Shown here one piece after another: positions 1 through 7,170 of a DNA stretch of 64,000 bases. The first letter of the stretch is position 1; every line of letters begins with the position of its first letter. Origin of the DNA: an uncultured Anaerolineae bacterium (GTDB lineage: Bacteria; Chloroflexota; Anaerolineae; VGOG01). The stretch lies in assembly GCA_964625745.1 (NCBI GenBank), contig CAZVCJ010000004.1, forward strand, positions 1,289-65,288. Direction: 5' to 3'. A program made the position numbers and the translations under genes. The notes beneath the pieces were generated by a model, which was not told the DNA's origin, made no database searches, and was given only the letters and a program-made list of their open reading frames with translations.

Positions 1-3
1 ATT

Positions 4-270
4 ATGCCAATTGACATGCTCGCGTTTGTGGAAAGTGGTACGGATATAATCTATCCGCCGATCGTCATACCCCCCAGAAGTGACAATGGCCCAAGCAAAA
101 CATCTATTCGCGTACAGCTTTATCACCATTTCGTTGAGCCTGAACGTCGCCACCCCAACTCCGACTGGGATATATATTTCAATTTGAACATCGTTGAAGA
201 TACCGGCGAGCAGACGGTGGTATTCTTCAATCAAAGTTGGAAAAGATTAGCGTACACCTCTGATAAATGA
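4..270 (+). CDS. hypothetical protein (may be the C-terminal part of an ORF entering from the left edge)
   Basis: 88-aa ORF in the track with no motif I recognise. Only 3 nt of upstream sequence is available. Confidence 0.3.
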   Translation: MPIDMLAFVESGTDIIYPPIVIPPRSDNGPSKTSIRVQLYHHFVEPERRHPNSDWDIYFNLNIVEDTGEQTVVFFNQSWKRLAYTSDK

Positions 271-308
271 AATAAGCGTTCTCTCAAGTCACTAATGCCA
301 CCCAACCC

Positions 309-416
309 GGCGCTGGTGTGTCCTGAAAGCTGTCAATGGTTAGCCGGTGGAAGTCCGGTCGTGGTAACCGCTGTTTGCGGAGGCGAGGCTGTCTGAAGAG
401 CCCGGTGCGAGAAAAC
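309..416 (+). repeat. copy A of a duplicated ~107-nt non-coding element (candidate structured RNA/leader)
   Basis: Sequence: ggcgctggtgtgtcctgaaagctgtc...ccggtggaagtccggtcgtggtaaccgctgtttgcggagg...ctgaagagcccggtgcgagaaaac. About 13 differences from copy B (757-863). Lies upstream of small ORF 511-753. Confidence 0.8.
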
Positions 417-510
417 TGCACGCCGGGATCTGTGCGAAGGTGGTTGGGTAACTGGCTGTCCTACCGTGATTGCCGCTGTGTGTAGCGTATCGCTAGGAGC
501 AAAGTCGAAC

Positions 511-753
511 ATGAGCTATTGGGTCTACGAAAACTGGACGGCGGAGAACAAGGCTGTCATTCATAGCGGCAGTTGTGGCAACTGTAACGAAGGCCGCGGC
601 TGCCATGAACACATTCGCGGCGACCAGAACGGCCAATGGCTTGGCCCATACAACACACTTGACGAGGCTGAAGCTGCTGCAGAAGCCACCGGGCGACCGA
701 CGCGCCGGCACCGTTGCACGGAACTGGTAATGTCAGGGGTAAGCGCGCCCTAA
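511..753 (+). CDS. small Cys/His-rich hypothetical protein (80 aa)
   Basis: The ORF track gives 466-753. I prefer the ATG at 511, preceded by AGGAG at 495-499. Motif: HSGSCGNCNEGRGCHEH. Function not recognised. Confidence 0.5.
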   Translation: MSYWVYENWTAENKAVIHSGSCGNCNEGRGCHEHIRGDQNGQWLGPYNTLDEAEAAAEATGRPTRRHRCTELVMSGVSAP

Positions 754-756
754 CAA

Positions 757-863
757 GGCGCTGTGTGTCCTGAAAGCTGTCGTCTGCTAACCGGCGGAAG
801 TCCGGTCGTGGCAACCGCTGTTTGCGGAGGTGAGGTTATCTGAAGAGTCCGGTGCGAGAAAAC
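757..863 (+). repeat. copy B of the duplicated ~107-nt non-coding element
   Basis: Same orientation as copy A. Lies upstream of antitoxin-like ORF 919-1143. Confidence 0.8.
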
Positions 864-918
864 CCTTTGGCGAGCGATAGCTGCTCAAGGAAACGCTCTA
901 CGTAACGGAGGGAGAACA

Positions 919-1143
919 ATGGCTTATGCAACTGTTGCCGATTTGACGGTGGATCAGTTCAAAGTCCTCATGCGGGAAGTCGTCATCCAGACGCTTTCAG
1001 AAGTGCTGGGCGATCCCGATGAAGGATTGGAGTTACGCGACGACATCAAAGTCAAAATGCAACAGTCACTTGCGGCTGTAAAAGCAGGCACAAGGATCAT
1101 ACCTGCTGAGGAAGTTGCGGCTAAGTTGGGGTTGATCTGGTAA
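919..1143 (+). CDS. putative type II antitoxin (74 aa)
   Basis: Small acidic ORF ending ...IPAEEVAAKLGLIW. It sits 1 nt upstream of a RelE/ParE-like reading frame, with GGAGGGAG before the ATG. Confidence 0.55.
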   Translation: MAYATVADLTVDQFKVLMREVVIQTLSEVLGDPDEGLELRDDIKVKMQQSLAAVKAGTRIIPAEEVAAKLGLIW

Positions 1144-1144
1144 G

Positions 1145-1321
1145 ATGTACAACGTTGGATTCACATCCGATGGCGACGCCGACTTGGCCCGTTTGGACAC
1201 ACCGATAGCACAGCGCGTGCTCAGGAAGTTGCGCTGGCTGGCCGAGAACTTTGACGTCATCAAACCAGAAACATTGACTGGACAATGGGGAGGCATGTTC
1301 AAGCTGAGCGTCGGTGACTAG
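1145..1321 (+). pseudogene. RelE/ParE-family toxin remnant, truncated by a premature TAG
   Basis: Translates as MYNVGFTSDGDADLARLDTPIAQRVLRKLRWLAENFDVIKPETLTGQWGGMFKLSVGD*. The stop falls where family members continue (typically ...GDYR.IY). Only 58 codons. Confidence 0.5.
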
Positions 1322-1385
1322 CAGTGTAGCATAAGGAGAGCCGTCAATGGCGGAATCTCATGTTGAGATAATCTGGACAGACTAA

Positions 1386-1619
1386 ATGGGTAAGACACGC
1401 ATGATGTACTTTGAGAAAGATGATGTATTGCATCTGGCAATTTCGGATGAACCAGAAGCAGGGAGTGTCGAACTTGGCCCCAACATCACGGTCGAGTTGA
1501 ATGACAAAGGTGAAATGATCGGCATCGAGGTTTTGGAGGCCAGCCGCTTCATTCGGGATTCGATTATGGAATCGGTGCAGGCAAGGGTGCTGCGTGTCCC
1601 TGAGTTTCAACCTGCTTGA
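1386..1619 (+). CDS. DUF2283-like small protein
   Basis: 77 aa with MYFEKDDVLHLAISDE...GEMIGIEVLEAS, the pattern typical of DUF2283. Confidence 0.6.
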   Translation: MGKTRMMYFEKDDVLHLAISDEPEAGSVELGPNITVELNDKGEMIGIEVLEASRFIRDSIMESVQARVLRVPEFQPA

Positions 1620-1663
1620 TGATTCGGGGGCACTCGTTTAGCCCGTTCTGAGATTTATAGTTA

Positions 1664-1750
1664 GGTGCAGCGTCGCACCTTTGATATAAGGGCCATGAAG
1701 CCCTTAGGCGGGAATCCTTACCAAATTCTTGTCCAGGGGCTTCTTTTGTT
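1664..1750 (+). promoter_or_regulatory. possible attenuator-like leader upstream of the GltS-like genes
   Basis: Hairpin GGTGC/GCACC at 1664-1679. Hairpin AAGGGC/GCCCTT at 1688-1705. The second is mutually exclusive with stem GAAGCCC (1697-1703)/GGGCTTC (1737-1743), which is followed by TTTTGTTTT and then the RBS. Confidence 0.25.
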
Positions 1751-1768
1751 TTGGAGGTAGTACAGGCT

Positions 1769-4330
1769 ATGATTGGCAAATACCACATCGAAACCAGACC
1801 TGCTCCCCTCTCTTCGCCTTACCCGGCGAAGTTCCGGCTCGGGGAGGAGGACGAATACGTCAAGTATGGCCACGGCGCCCTTAATCCTGGTCGGCGAGGC
1901 GGCGACCCCTTCTGGACGCCGCAGGTCATCACCCAGATATGGTACCAGGCGGAGACGGGGAGGATACCCATCTCAGGGGGCGGCTACGGCGGGGCCTTCG
2001 CCGGAGAGGGCTTCGACGGCCTATGGCTGGACATGTCGGAGATCGTGCGCCCTACCCGCGACGGCATCCACGGGAGGGAATACATCTCCACGGCCATTGA
2101 CCTGGGGAGGAAGTCTCCGATGCTGAAGTTCGATGCCGCTGGTCGGTTGGCCCTCCAACTGCCACCGCTTCTGGAGATCCCCATACCCATTCTCTTCAAT
2201 CCCCTGCCCCTGCCCACGCCGGGGCGGGGAGCCAGGCTCGCTGTGGCTAAGGCCGCCGCCCGCCTGGGCACTTTCGCCTTCGTAGATCCGGAGGAGTGGG
2301 ACGATGACCTCCTGCCCTACGCCGATTACATCGCCCCCCGCCTTTTCAATTCCCAATCTCCAACCCTTCGGCTAGACTCAGGGCAGGCCTCCAACCTCCA
2401 ACTTCCAACCCTTCGGCCAGGCTCAGGGCAGGCCTCCAATCCTTCGACTACGCTCAGGACAGGCTTCCAACTGGTAGAGCTCGATTACGAGGAGGAGACT
2501 ATCCCCCTTTGGGAGAGGATGAAGGCCCTTAGGCCGGAGGCGGTCATCTCCCTCAGGCTACCCCTGGCCCCTGGAGTGGAAAGGGAGGTCGAAAGCCTGG
2601 TGCGGGCCGGTGCCGAGGTCATCCACCTCTACGCCGACGACTATGGCCGCGAGTTGCACGGAGGCAGCCATCCCCGGCACCTCACGGAGGCTCTGCGAGC
2701 GGTGCATGACCATCTGGTGGAGCTGGGCTTGCGAGACGAGGTTACCCTGCTGGTGAGCGGAGGCATCGCCGCCGCTGAGCACGTTCCCAAGGCCATCGCC
2801 TGCGGGGCGGATGGGGTGGTTGTGGACTTCTCTCTCCTGGTCGCCCTGGGATGCGCACTGTGGGCGGATGAGCGCCATCCCTGCCCGGTGGAGGGCGGGG
2901 AAGTTGGCCCCGATTGGGGAGCCCAGCGCATCGTGAACCTCATGGCCGCCTGGCGGGACCAACTGCTGGAGGTGCTGGGGGCTATGGGGATGCGCGATGT
3001 GCGGCGCCTGCGCGGGGAGACGGGCCGGGCCATTTTCTACCCGGAGGAGGAAGAACACTTCCGTTCTCTGTTCCCCCTGAGGCGAAAGGAGACTTCCGTC
3101 ACCCAGTTGCCGCCAGACTTCCCGGAGGGGGACTTGCGGTGGACGCCGGAACTCCTCCAGGCCACTCACATCCAGGCCGAGACAGGGCGTCTCCCTGAAC
3201 TGGACATCGAGGCGCGGGTGGGATGCTCAGGTGGAGGGTTTGACTGTCTGCGGTTCGCTTTCGAGCACGAAGGTGACCAGGTGCCCTTCGAGGAGGACGA
3301 AGAGCTCGATCTTTCCCTGGAGTTGAACCGGCGGGGAGAGGGCCCTCGGCTTTACATGCCGCTTCCCTTCTACGGGGCAGGGATGTCCTTCGGCTCCATA
3401 AGCCTCAACACGATGCTTGCCAGGGCCAAGGCGGCCAGGACTCTGGGCATCTTCGTATGCACCGGCGAGGGAGGCTACCCTGATGAACTCGTCCCCTATG
3501 CCGACCACGTCATCACCCAGGTGGCCACGGGTCTCTTCGGCGTGCGGGAGGAGACCATCCAGCGGGCTCCCATCGTGGAGTTCAAGTACGCGCAAGGGGC
3601 CAAGCCGGGTTTGGGAGGCCACCTGCTCGCCAGCAAGGTAACGCTTGCCGTGGCCCACATGCGGGAGGCGGTGGCAGGGCGCAGTCTTTATTCTCCGTTC
3701 CCCTTCCACAGCGTCTACTCGGTGGAGGATCACAAGAAGCACGTGGACTGGATCAAGGCCATGAATCCCCGTGCCCTGGTATCGGTGAAGGTCTCCACTC
3801 CCACGGACGTGGACATGGTGGCAGTGGGCATCTACTATGCCGGGGCCCACATCATTCACCTGGACGGCACTTATGGCGGGACGGGAGCGGCGCCCGAGGT
3901 CAGCAAGAAAAACATCGCCATGCCCATCGAATACGCCATTCCCAAGGTGCATCACTTTTTGGTGGAGGAAGGCATCCGCGATGAGGTCGTCTTGATGGCC
4001 TCAGGAGGCATCCGCACCGCCTACGACGTGGCCAAGGCCATCGCTTTAGGGGCCGACGGCGCCGTCATCGGCACGGCTGAGCTGGTGGCCCTGGGATGCA
4101 CCCGCCTGGGAACCTGTGAGAAGGACAAGGGCTGTCCCTTTGGCATTACGACTACTGACCCGGAGCTCTCTGCCCTCATTGACTCCGATGAGGGGGCACG
4201 GCGCATCGTCAACATGTATCGTTCGTGGCGGGCCCAATTGGTGGGCATTCTCAAGGCCCTGGGACTCAGACGTATTGGGGATTTGAAGGGAAGAACGGAT
4301 TTGCTGGCGTATTTGGAGGAATATGGATAG
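1769..4330 (+). CDS. glutamate synthase-like FMN-binding (GltB domain 2) protein with a degenerate N-terminal copy plus a canonical C-terminal copy
   Basis: The ORF track gives 1751-4330. I prefer the ATG at 1769, after GGAGG. C-terminal half: GAKPGLGGHL, SPFPFHSVYSVEDH, LDGTYGGTGAAP, MASGGIRT..ALGADGAVIGTA. N-terminal half has a weaker copy (VSGGIAAAEHVPKAIACGADGVVVD). Confidence 0.85.
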   Translation: MIGKYHIETRPAPLSSPYPAKFRLGEEDEYVKYGHGALNPGRRGGDPFWTPQVITQIWYQAETGRIPISGGGYGGAFAGEGFDGLWLDMSEIVRPTRDGIHGREYISTAIDLGRKSPMLKFDAAGRLALQLPPLLEIPIPILFNPLPLPTPGRGARLAVAKAAARLGTFAFVDPEEWDDDLLPYADYIAPRLFNSQSPTLRLDSGQASNLQLPTLRPGSGQASNPSTTLRTGFQLVELDYEEETIPLWERMKALRPEAVISLRLPLAPGVEREVESLVRAGAEVIHLYADDYGRELHGGSHPRHLTEALRAVHDHLVELGLRDEVTLLVSGGIAAAEHVPKAIACGADGVVVDFSLLVALGCALWADERHPCPVEGGEVGPDWGAQRIVNLMAAWRDQLLEVLGAMGMRDVRRLRGETGRAIFYPEEEEHFRSLFPLRRKETSVTQLPPDFPEGDLRWTPELLQATHIQAETGRLPELDIEARVGCSGGGFDCLRFAFEHEGDQVPFEEDEELDLSLELNRRGEGPRLYMPLPFYGAGMSFGSISLNTMLARAKAARTLGIFVCTGEGGYPDELVPYADHVITQVATGLFGVREETIQRAPIVEFKYAQGAKPGLGGHLLASKVTLAVAHMREAVAGRSLYSPFPFHSVYSVEDHKKHVDWIKAMNPRALVSVKVSTPTDVDMVAVGIYYAGAHIIHLDGTYGGTGAAPEVSKKNIAMPIEYAIPKVHHFLVEEGIRDEVVLMASGGIRTAYDVAKAIALGADGAVIGTAELVALGCTRLGTCEKDKGCPFGITTTDPELSALIDSDEGARRIVNMYRSWRAQLVGILKALGLRRIGDLKGRTDLLAYLEEYG
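2346..2470. repeat. in-frame repeat block inside the GltS-like ORF: 3 x 'ccaacccttcgg..ctcagg.caggc.tccaa' with TCCAACC-type heptamer flanks
   Basis: Direct reading. Peptide: [40 protein letters not shown]. Confidence 0.85.
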
Positions 4331-7010
4331 ACTCTCATTTGCTCAGAAGATCATCGCCTCTCGCAGGGGCTTGATGGAAGGCATGCCTCCTCGGCTGACG
4401 CACAAGGCCGAGGCCGAGGGCGGCTGCGGGGTGGTGGGCCTGGCCTGCTCCGAGCCAGTGGCCGGGCGAACCATCCTCGCGCCTTCGGCGCAGATGCACA
4501 ACCGTGGCAACGGCAAGGGCGGAGGCATCGCCGCTGCCGGCCTCTCGCCTCAGCAGATGCGGGTCTCGCGGGAGCAGTTAGCCAATGATTACCTGATCCA
4601 GGTTGCCATTCTGGACCCGGCGGCCAGAGAGGACGTGGAACGGGAATTCATCTCCCCCTTCTTCGAGGTGCACCAGGCCTATCGTATCCCTACTTTGGAC
4701 GATTATCGCGAGGTGGAGGGGCTGGAGGTCCGCCCTCCCGACGTCTGGCGCTACTTCTGCCGCGTCAAGGAAAAGGAACTGATCCACTTCATTGAAGAGC
4801 ATGGCCTATCCGACCTCGATCCTCGCCGGGCCGAGGACGAGTTTGTCTATCAGAACACCTTCCGCCTGAACCGCCGTTTCTACGCCTCCCTGGGCGAGAA
4901 GCGGGCCTTTGTCCTCTCCCACGGCCGGGACATGATGGTCCTCAAAATTGTCGGCTACGCCGAGCAGGTGGCTCGATACTACCTGCTGGAGGATTTGGAG
5001 GCCCACGTCTGGGTTGCCCACCAGCGCTATCCCACCAAGGGGCGGGTCTGGCACCCGGGCGGGGCCCATCCCTTCATTGGCCTGGACGAGGCCCTGGTGC
5101 ACAACGGTGACTTCGCCAACTATCACGGCGTCTGCGAATACCTGAGGCAGCGCAACATCTATCCCCTCTTCCTGACCGACACCGAGGTCTCGGTGCTCCT
5201 CTTCGACCTCTGGAACCGGGTCTACGGCTATCCTCTCGAGTACATCATTGAGGCCCTGGCCCCGACCACGGAGCGGGATTTCGAGATGCTGCCTGAGGAA
5301 AAGCAGCGGGTCTACCAGGCCATCCAGACAGCCCACATCCATGGCTCCCCTGATGGTCCCTGGTTCTTCATCATCGCCAGGAGCCTGCCCCACGAGGCGA
5401 ATGGCCAAGGGTTGCCGTTGCAGCTCCTGGGGATCACCGACACTTCCATGCTCCGCCCTCAAGTGTTCGCTCTTCAGGAGGGTGCGGTGCAGATCGGTCT
5501 GATTGCTTCGGAGAAGCAGGCCATTGATGCCACCCTCAGAAGCCTGGCTGAGGACGATCCGCGCATCTGTCCCGTCGCCGACAGGTACTGGAACGCGCGA
5601 GGGGGGAGCTACACCGATGGGGGAGCCTTCGTCTTCACCGTGGAGCGCCCCCCCACCCCCCCCTGCCAGGGAGGGATGGGGGGGCGGGCCAGGTTGACCT
5701 GCACCGACAAGTTTGGCCGCGTCATCTCCACGCCGCCTGGGCAGAAACACAATAACCCTACTACCCCTTCGACTATGCTCAGGGCAGGCGTCTCCATTGC
5801 AGAGCCTCGCCTATCCCTGGAGAGGGCAGTCAGCACCCGCCTCGAAGCCGCAGAATCCCCAACTCTCTTTCGCTACATCGCAGGGAAGCCTGTCCTGAGC
5901 GAAGTCGAAGGGATGAGAACCTGGGATTACGGCACGCTGGCCTGGCTGTGCCGTCGCATGGAAAGGCTGGCCGAGGAGGGGGACAGGGAAAGAACCCTGG
6001 CCGTCGAGGTGTTGACCCTGCTCTACGACCGCCGTTACGATACCGGCGACAAGAAGCGAAGCTCGGTCGTGGCCATGCTCGAGGGGAGCATTTACGCCAT
6101 CCTCTGCGCCGTCCCGCTTTTGGGTGAGGGTCGCCCCGGTCGGTATCAGCGCCTCGATTGGGAGGGCCGGGGACAGTTGCGAGAGCCCGGAAGTACTGGG
6201 CAGATTCTGGTCATTGACGTGCGCTACTTTCCTTCCGAGGGGGAATCGAGCGCTGCCCGGCTCATCGTCGAAGCCTATCATGGGGGTTGGCGGCATTTCA
6301 TCGTCTTCGACTTCCGAGGGCAGCGGTTCTGTGCCTGCGGTCTCGGTCCTGACACAAGGGGCGTCCGCATGGACGTTTACGGCAGCGCAGGCGACTACCT
6401 GGGTTCGGGGCTGGACGGGGCGGAGGTGCATGTTCACGGCTCGGCGCAGGATCAGGTGGGGCAGATACTCAAAAGTGGCAAGCTGGTCATCCACGGCGAC
6501 GTCGGCCAGACCTTTATGTACGGGGCCAAAGGCGGGGAGGTTTACGTGCTGGGGAACGCCGCCGGCAGGCCGCTCATCAACGCCGTGGGTCGTCCCCGCG
6601 TGGTCATCAATGGCACCTGCCTCGACTACCTGGCCGAGTCCTTCATGGCTGGCGACCCCCTGAACGGCGGCGGGTTTGTCGTCCTGAACGGGATCACGTT
6701 TGACGAGAGGGGGCGGCGCGTGGAGCAGGAGACGCCCTATCCGGGCGGCAACCTCTTCTCCCTGGCCTCGGGCGGGGCTATTTATCTCAGGGATCCGCAC
6801 CGCAAGGTCGGCGAGGATCAGCTCAATGGGGGTCGTTTTGTCCCTCTCACTCCTGCCGATTGGGAGCTCATCTTGCCCTACCTGTCGGAGAACGAAAGAT
6901 TATTCGGCATCTCTGTCACCGATGACCTTCTGACCGCTGGCGGCGCTAAGCGGCGCCCTGCCGAGGTCTATCGCAAAGTCGAGGCCACCAGGCTGGCGGT
7001 GCTGATTTAA
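4323..7010 (+). CDS. glutamate synthase-like protein: class II glutamine amidotransferase domain + GXGXG (GltB C-terminal) domain
   Basis: 895 aa. GGCGVVG nucleophile region, HQRYPTKG, ALVHNGDFANY. C-terminal half: GQRFCACGLG, GSAGDYLGSGLDGAEVHVHGSAQDQVG, GDVGQTFMYGAKGGEVYVLGNAAGRP. The start overlaps the upstream stop. Confidence 0.85.
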   Translation: MDRLSFAQKIIASRRGLMEGMPPRLTHKAEAEGGCGVVGLACSEPVAGRTILAPSAQMHNRGNGKGGGIAAAGLSPQQMRVSREQLANDYLIQVAILDPAAREDVEREFISPFFEVHQAYRIPTLDDYREVEGLEVRPPDVWRYFCRVKEKELIHFIEEHGLSDLDPRRAEDEFVYQNTFRLNRRFYASLGEKRAFVLSHGRDMMVLKIVGYAEQVARYYLLEDLEAHVWVAHQRYPTKGRVWHPGGAHPFIGLDEALVHNGDFANYHGVCEYLRQRNIYPLFLTDTEVSVLLFDLWNRVYGYPLEYIIEALAPTTERDFEMLPEEKQRVYQAIQTAHIHGSPDGPWFFIIARSLPHEANGQGLPLQLLGITDTSMLRPQVFALQEGAVQIGLIASEKQAIDATLRSLAEDDPRICPVADRYWNARGGSYTDGGAFVFTVERPPTPPCQGGMGGRARLTCTDKFGRVISTPPGQKHNNPTTPSTMLRAGVSIAEPRLSLERAVSTRLEAAESPTLFRYIAGKPVLSEVEGMRTWDYGTLAWLCRRMERLAEEGDRERTLAVEVLTLLYDRRYDTGDKKRSSVVAMLEGSIYAILCAVPLLGEGRPGRYQRLDWEGRGQLREPGSTGQILVIDVRYFPSEGESSAARLIVEAYHGGWRHFIVFDFRGQRFCACGLGPDTRGVRMDVYGSAGDYLGSGLDGAEVHVHGSAQDQVGQILKSGKLVIHGDVGQTFMYGAKGGEVYVLGNAAGRPLINAVGRPRVVINGTCLDYLAESFMAGDPLNGGGFVVLNGITFDERGRRVEQETPYPGGNLFSLASGGAIYLRDPHRKVGEDQLNGGRFVPLTPADWELILPYLSENERLFGISVTDDLLTAGGAKRRPAEVYRKVEATRLAVLI
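5646..5688. repeat. C-run/G-run palindromic element in-frame in the inter-domain linker
   Basis: Sequence: cgCCCCCCCaCCCCCCCCtgccagggagggatGGGGGGGcggg. Peptide: RPPTPPCQGGMGGRA. Confidence 0.8.
5766..5914. repeat. composite repeat in-frame in the linker ('ccttcgactatgctcagggcaggc' ... 'cctgtcctgagcgaagtcgaaggg')
   Basis: Shares modules with 2441-2465, 21381-21405 and 19110-19135. Peptide: PSTMLRAGVS...IAGKPVLSEVEGM. Confidence 0.75.
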
Positions 7011-7043
7011 GCAGTTTGCCACGGCGATTCGGACATTACGCTT

Positions 7044-7144
7044 AGTGTCAACTTAAGACTTCGGAGGTTTCCGGCAGTGCCTTTGCTGGCAAAATCGCGT
7101 CTGAAAACCTCCGAAGTCTGGCTCGTTCTTTTAAAGTTGACACT
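7044..7144. repeat. ~100-nt imperfect palindrome between convergent genes (possible bidirectional terminator or REP-like element)
   Basis: Perfect 15-bp inner stem: AGACTTCGGAGGTTT (7056-7070) with AAACCTCCGAAGTCT (7105-7119). Outer stem: AGTGTCAACTTAA with TTAAAGTTGACACT. Confidence 0.7.
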
Positions 7145-7170
7145 TATGGTTACGCTTGCGCCTCCTGGCT

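Noticed and set aside
309-863. I considered the duplicated 107-nt element as a cobalamin riboswitch (GGAAGTCCGGT...CCGCTGT), a hammerhead ribozyme (CUGAAGA...GAAA), integron attC sites, or DGR TR/VR repeats.
   Set aside because: - Cobalamin riboswitch: the B12-box and overall consensus are not matched, and the downstream genes are unrelated to B12.
- Hammerhead: no stem II or stem III can be drawn in the required positions.
- attC: the element is not an imperfect palindrome with GTTRRRY ends.
- DGR: the differences between copies are not adenine-specific, and no reverse transcriptase gene is present.
1344-1610. An 88-aa minus-strand ORF overlapping the DUF2283 gene.
   Set aside because: The plus-strand ORF has a recognisable family signature. 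The minus-strand translation has no motif and no RBS.
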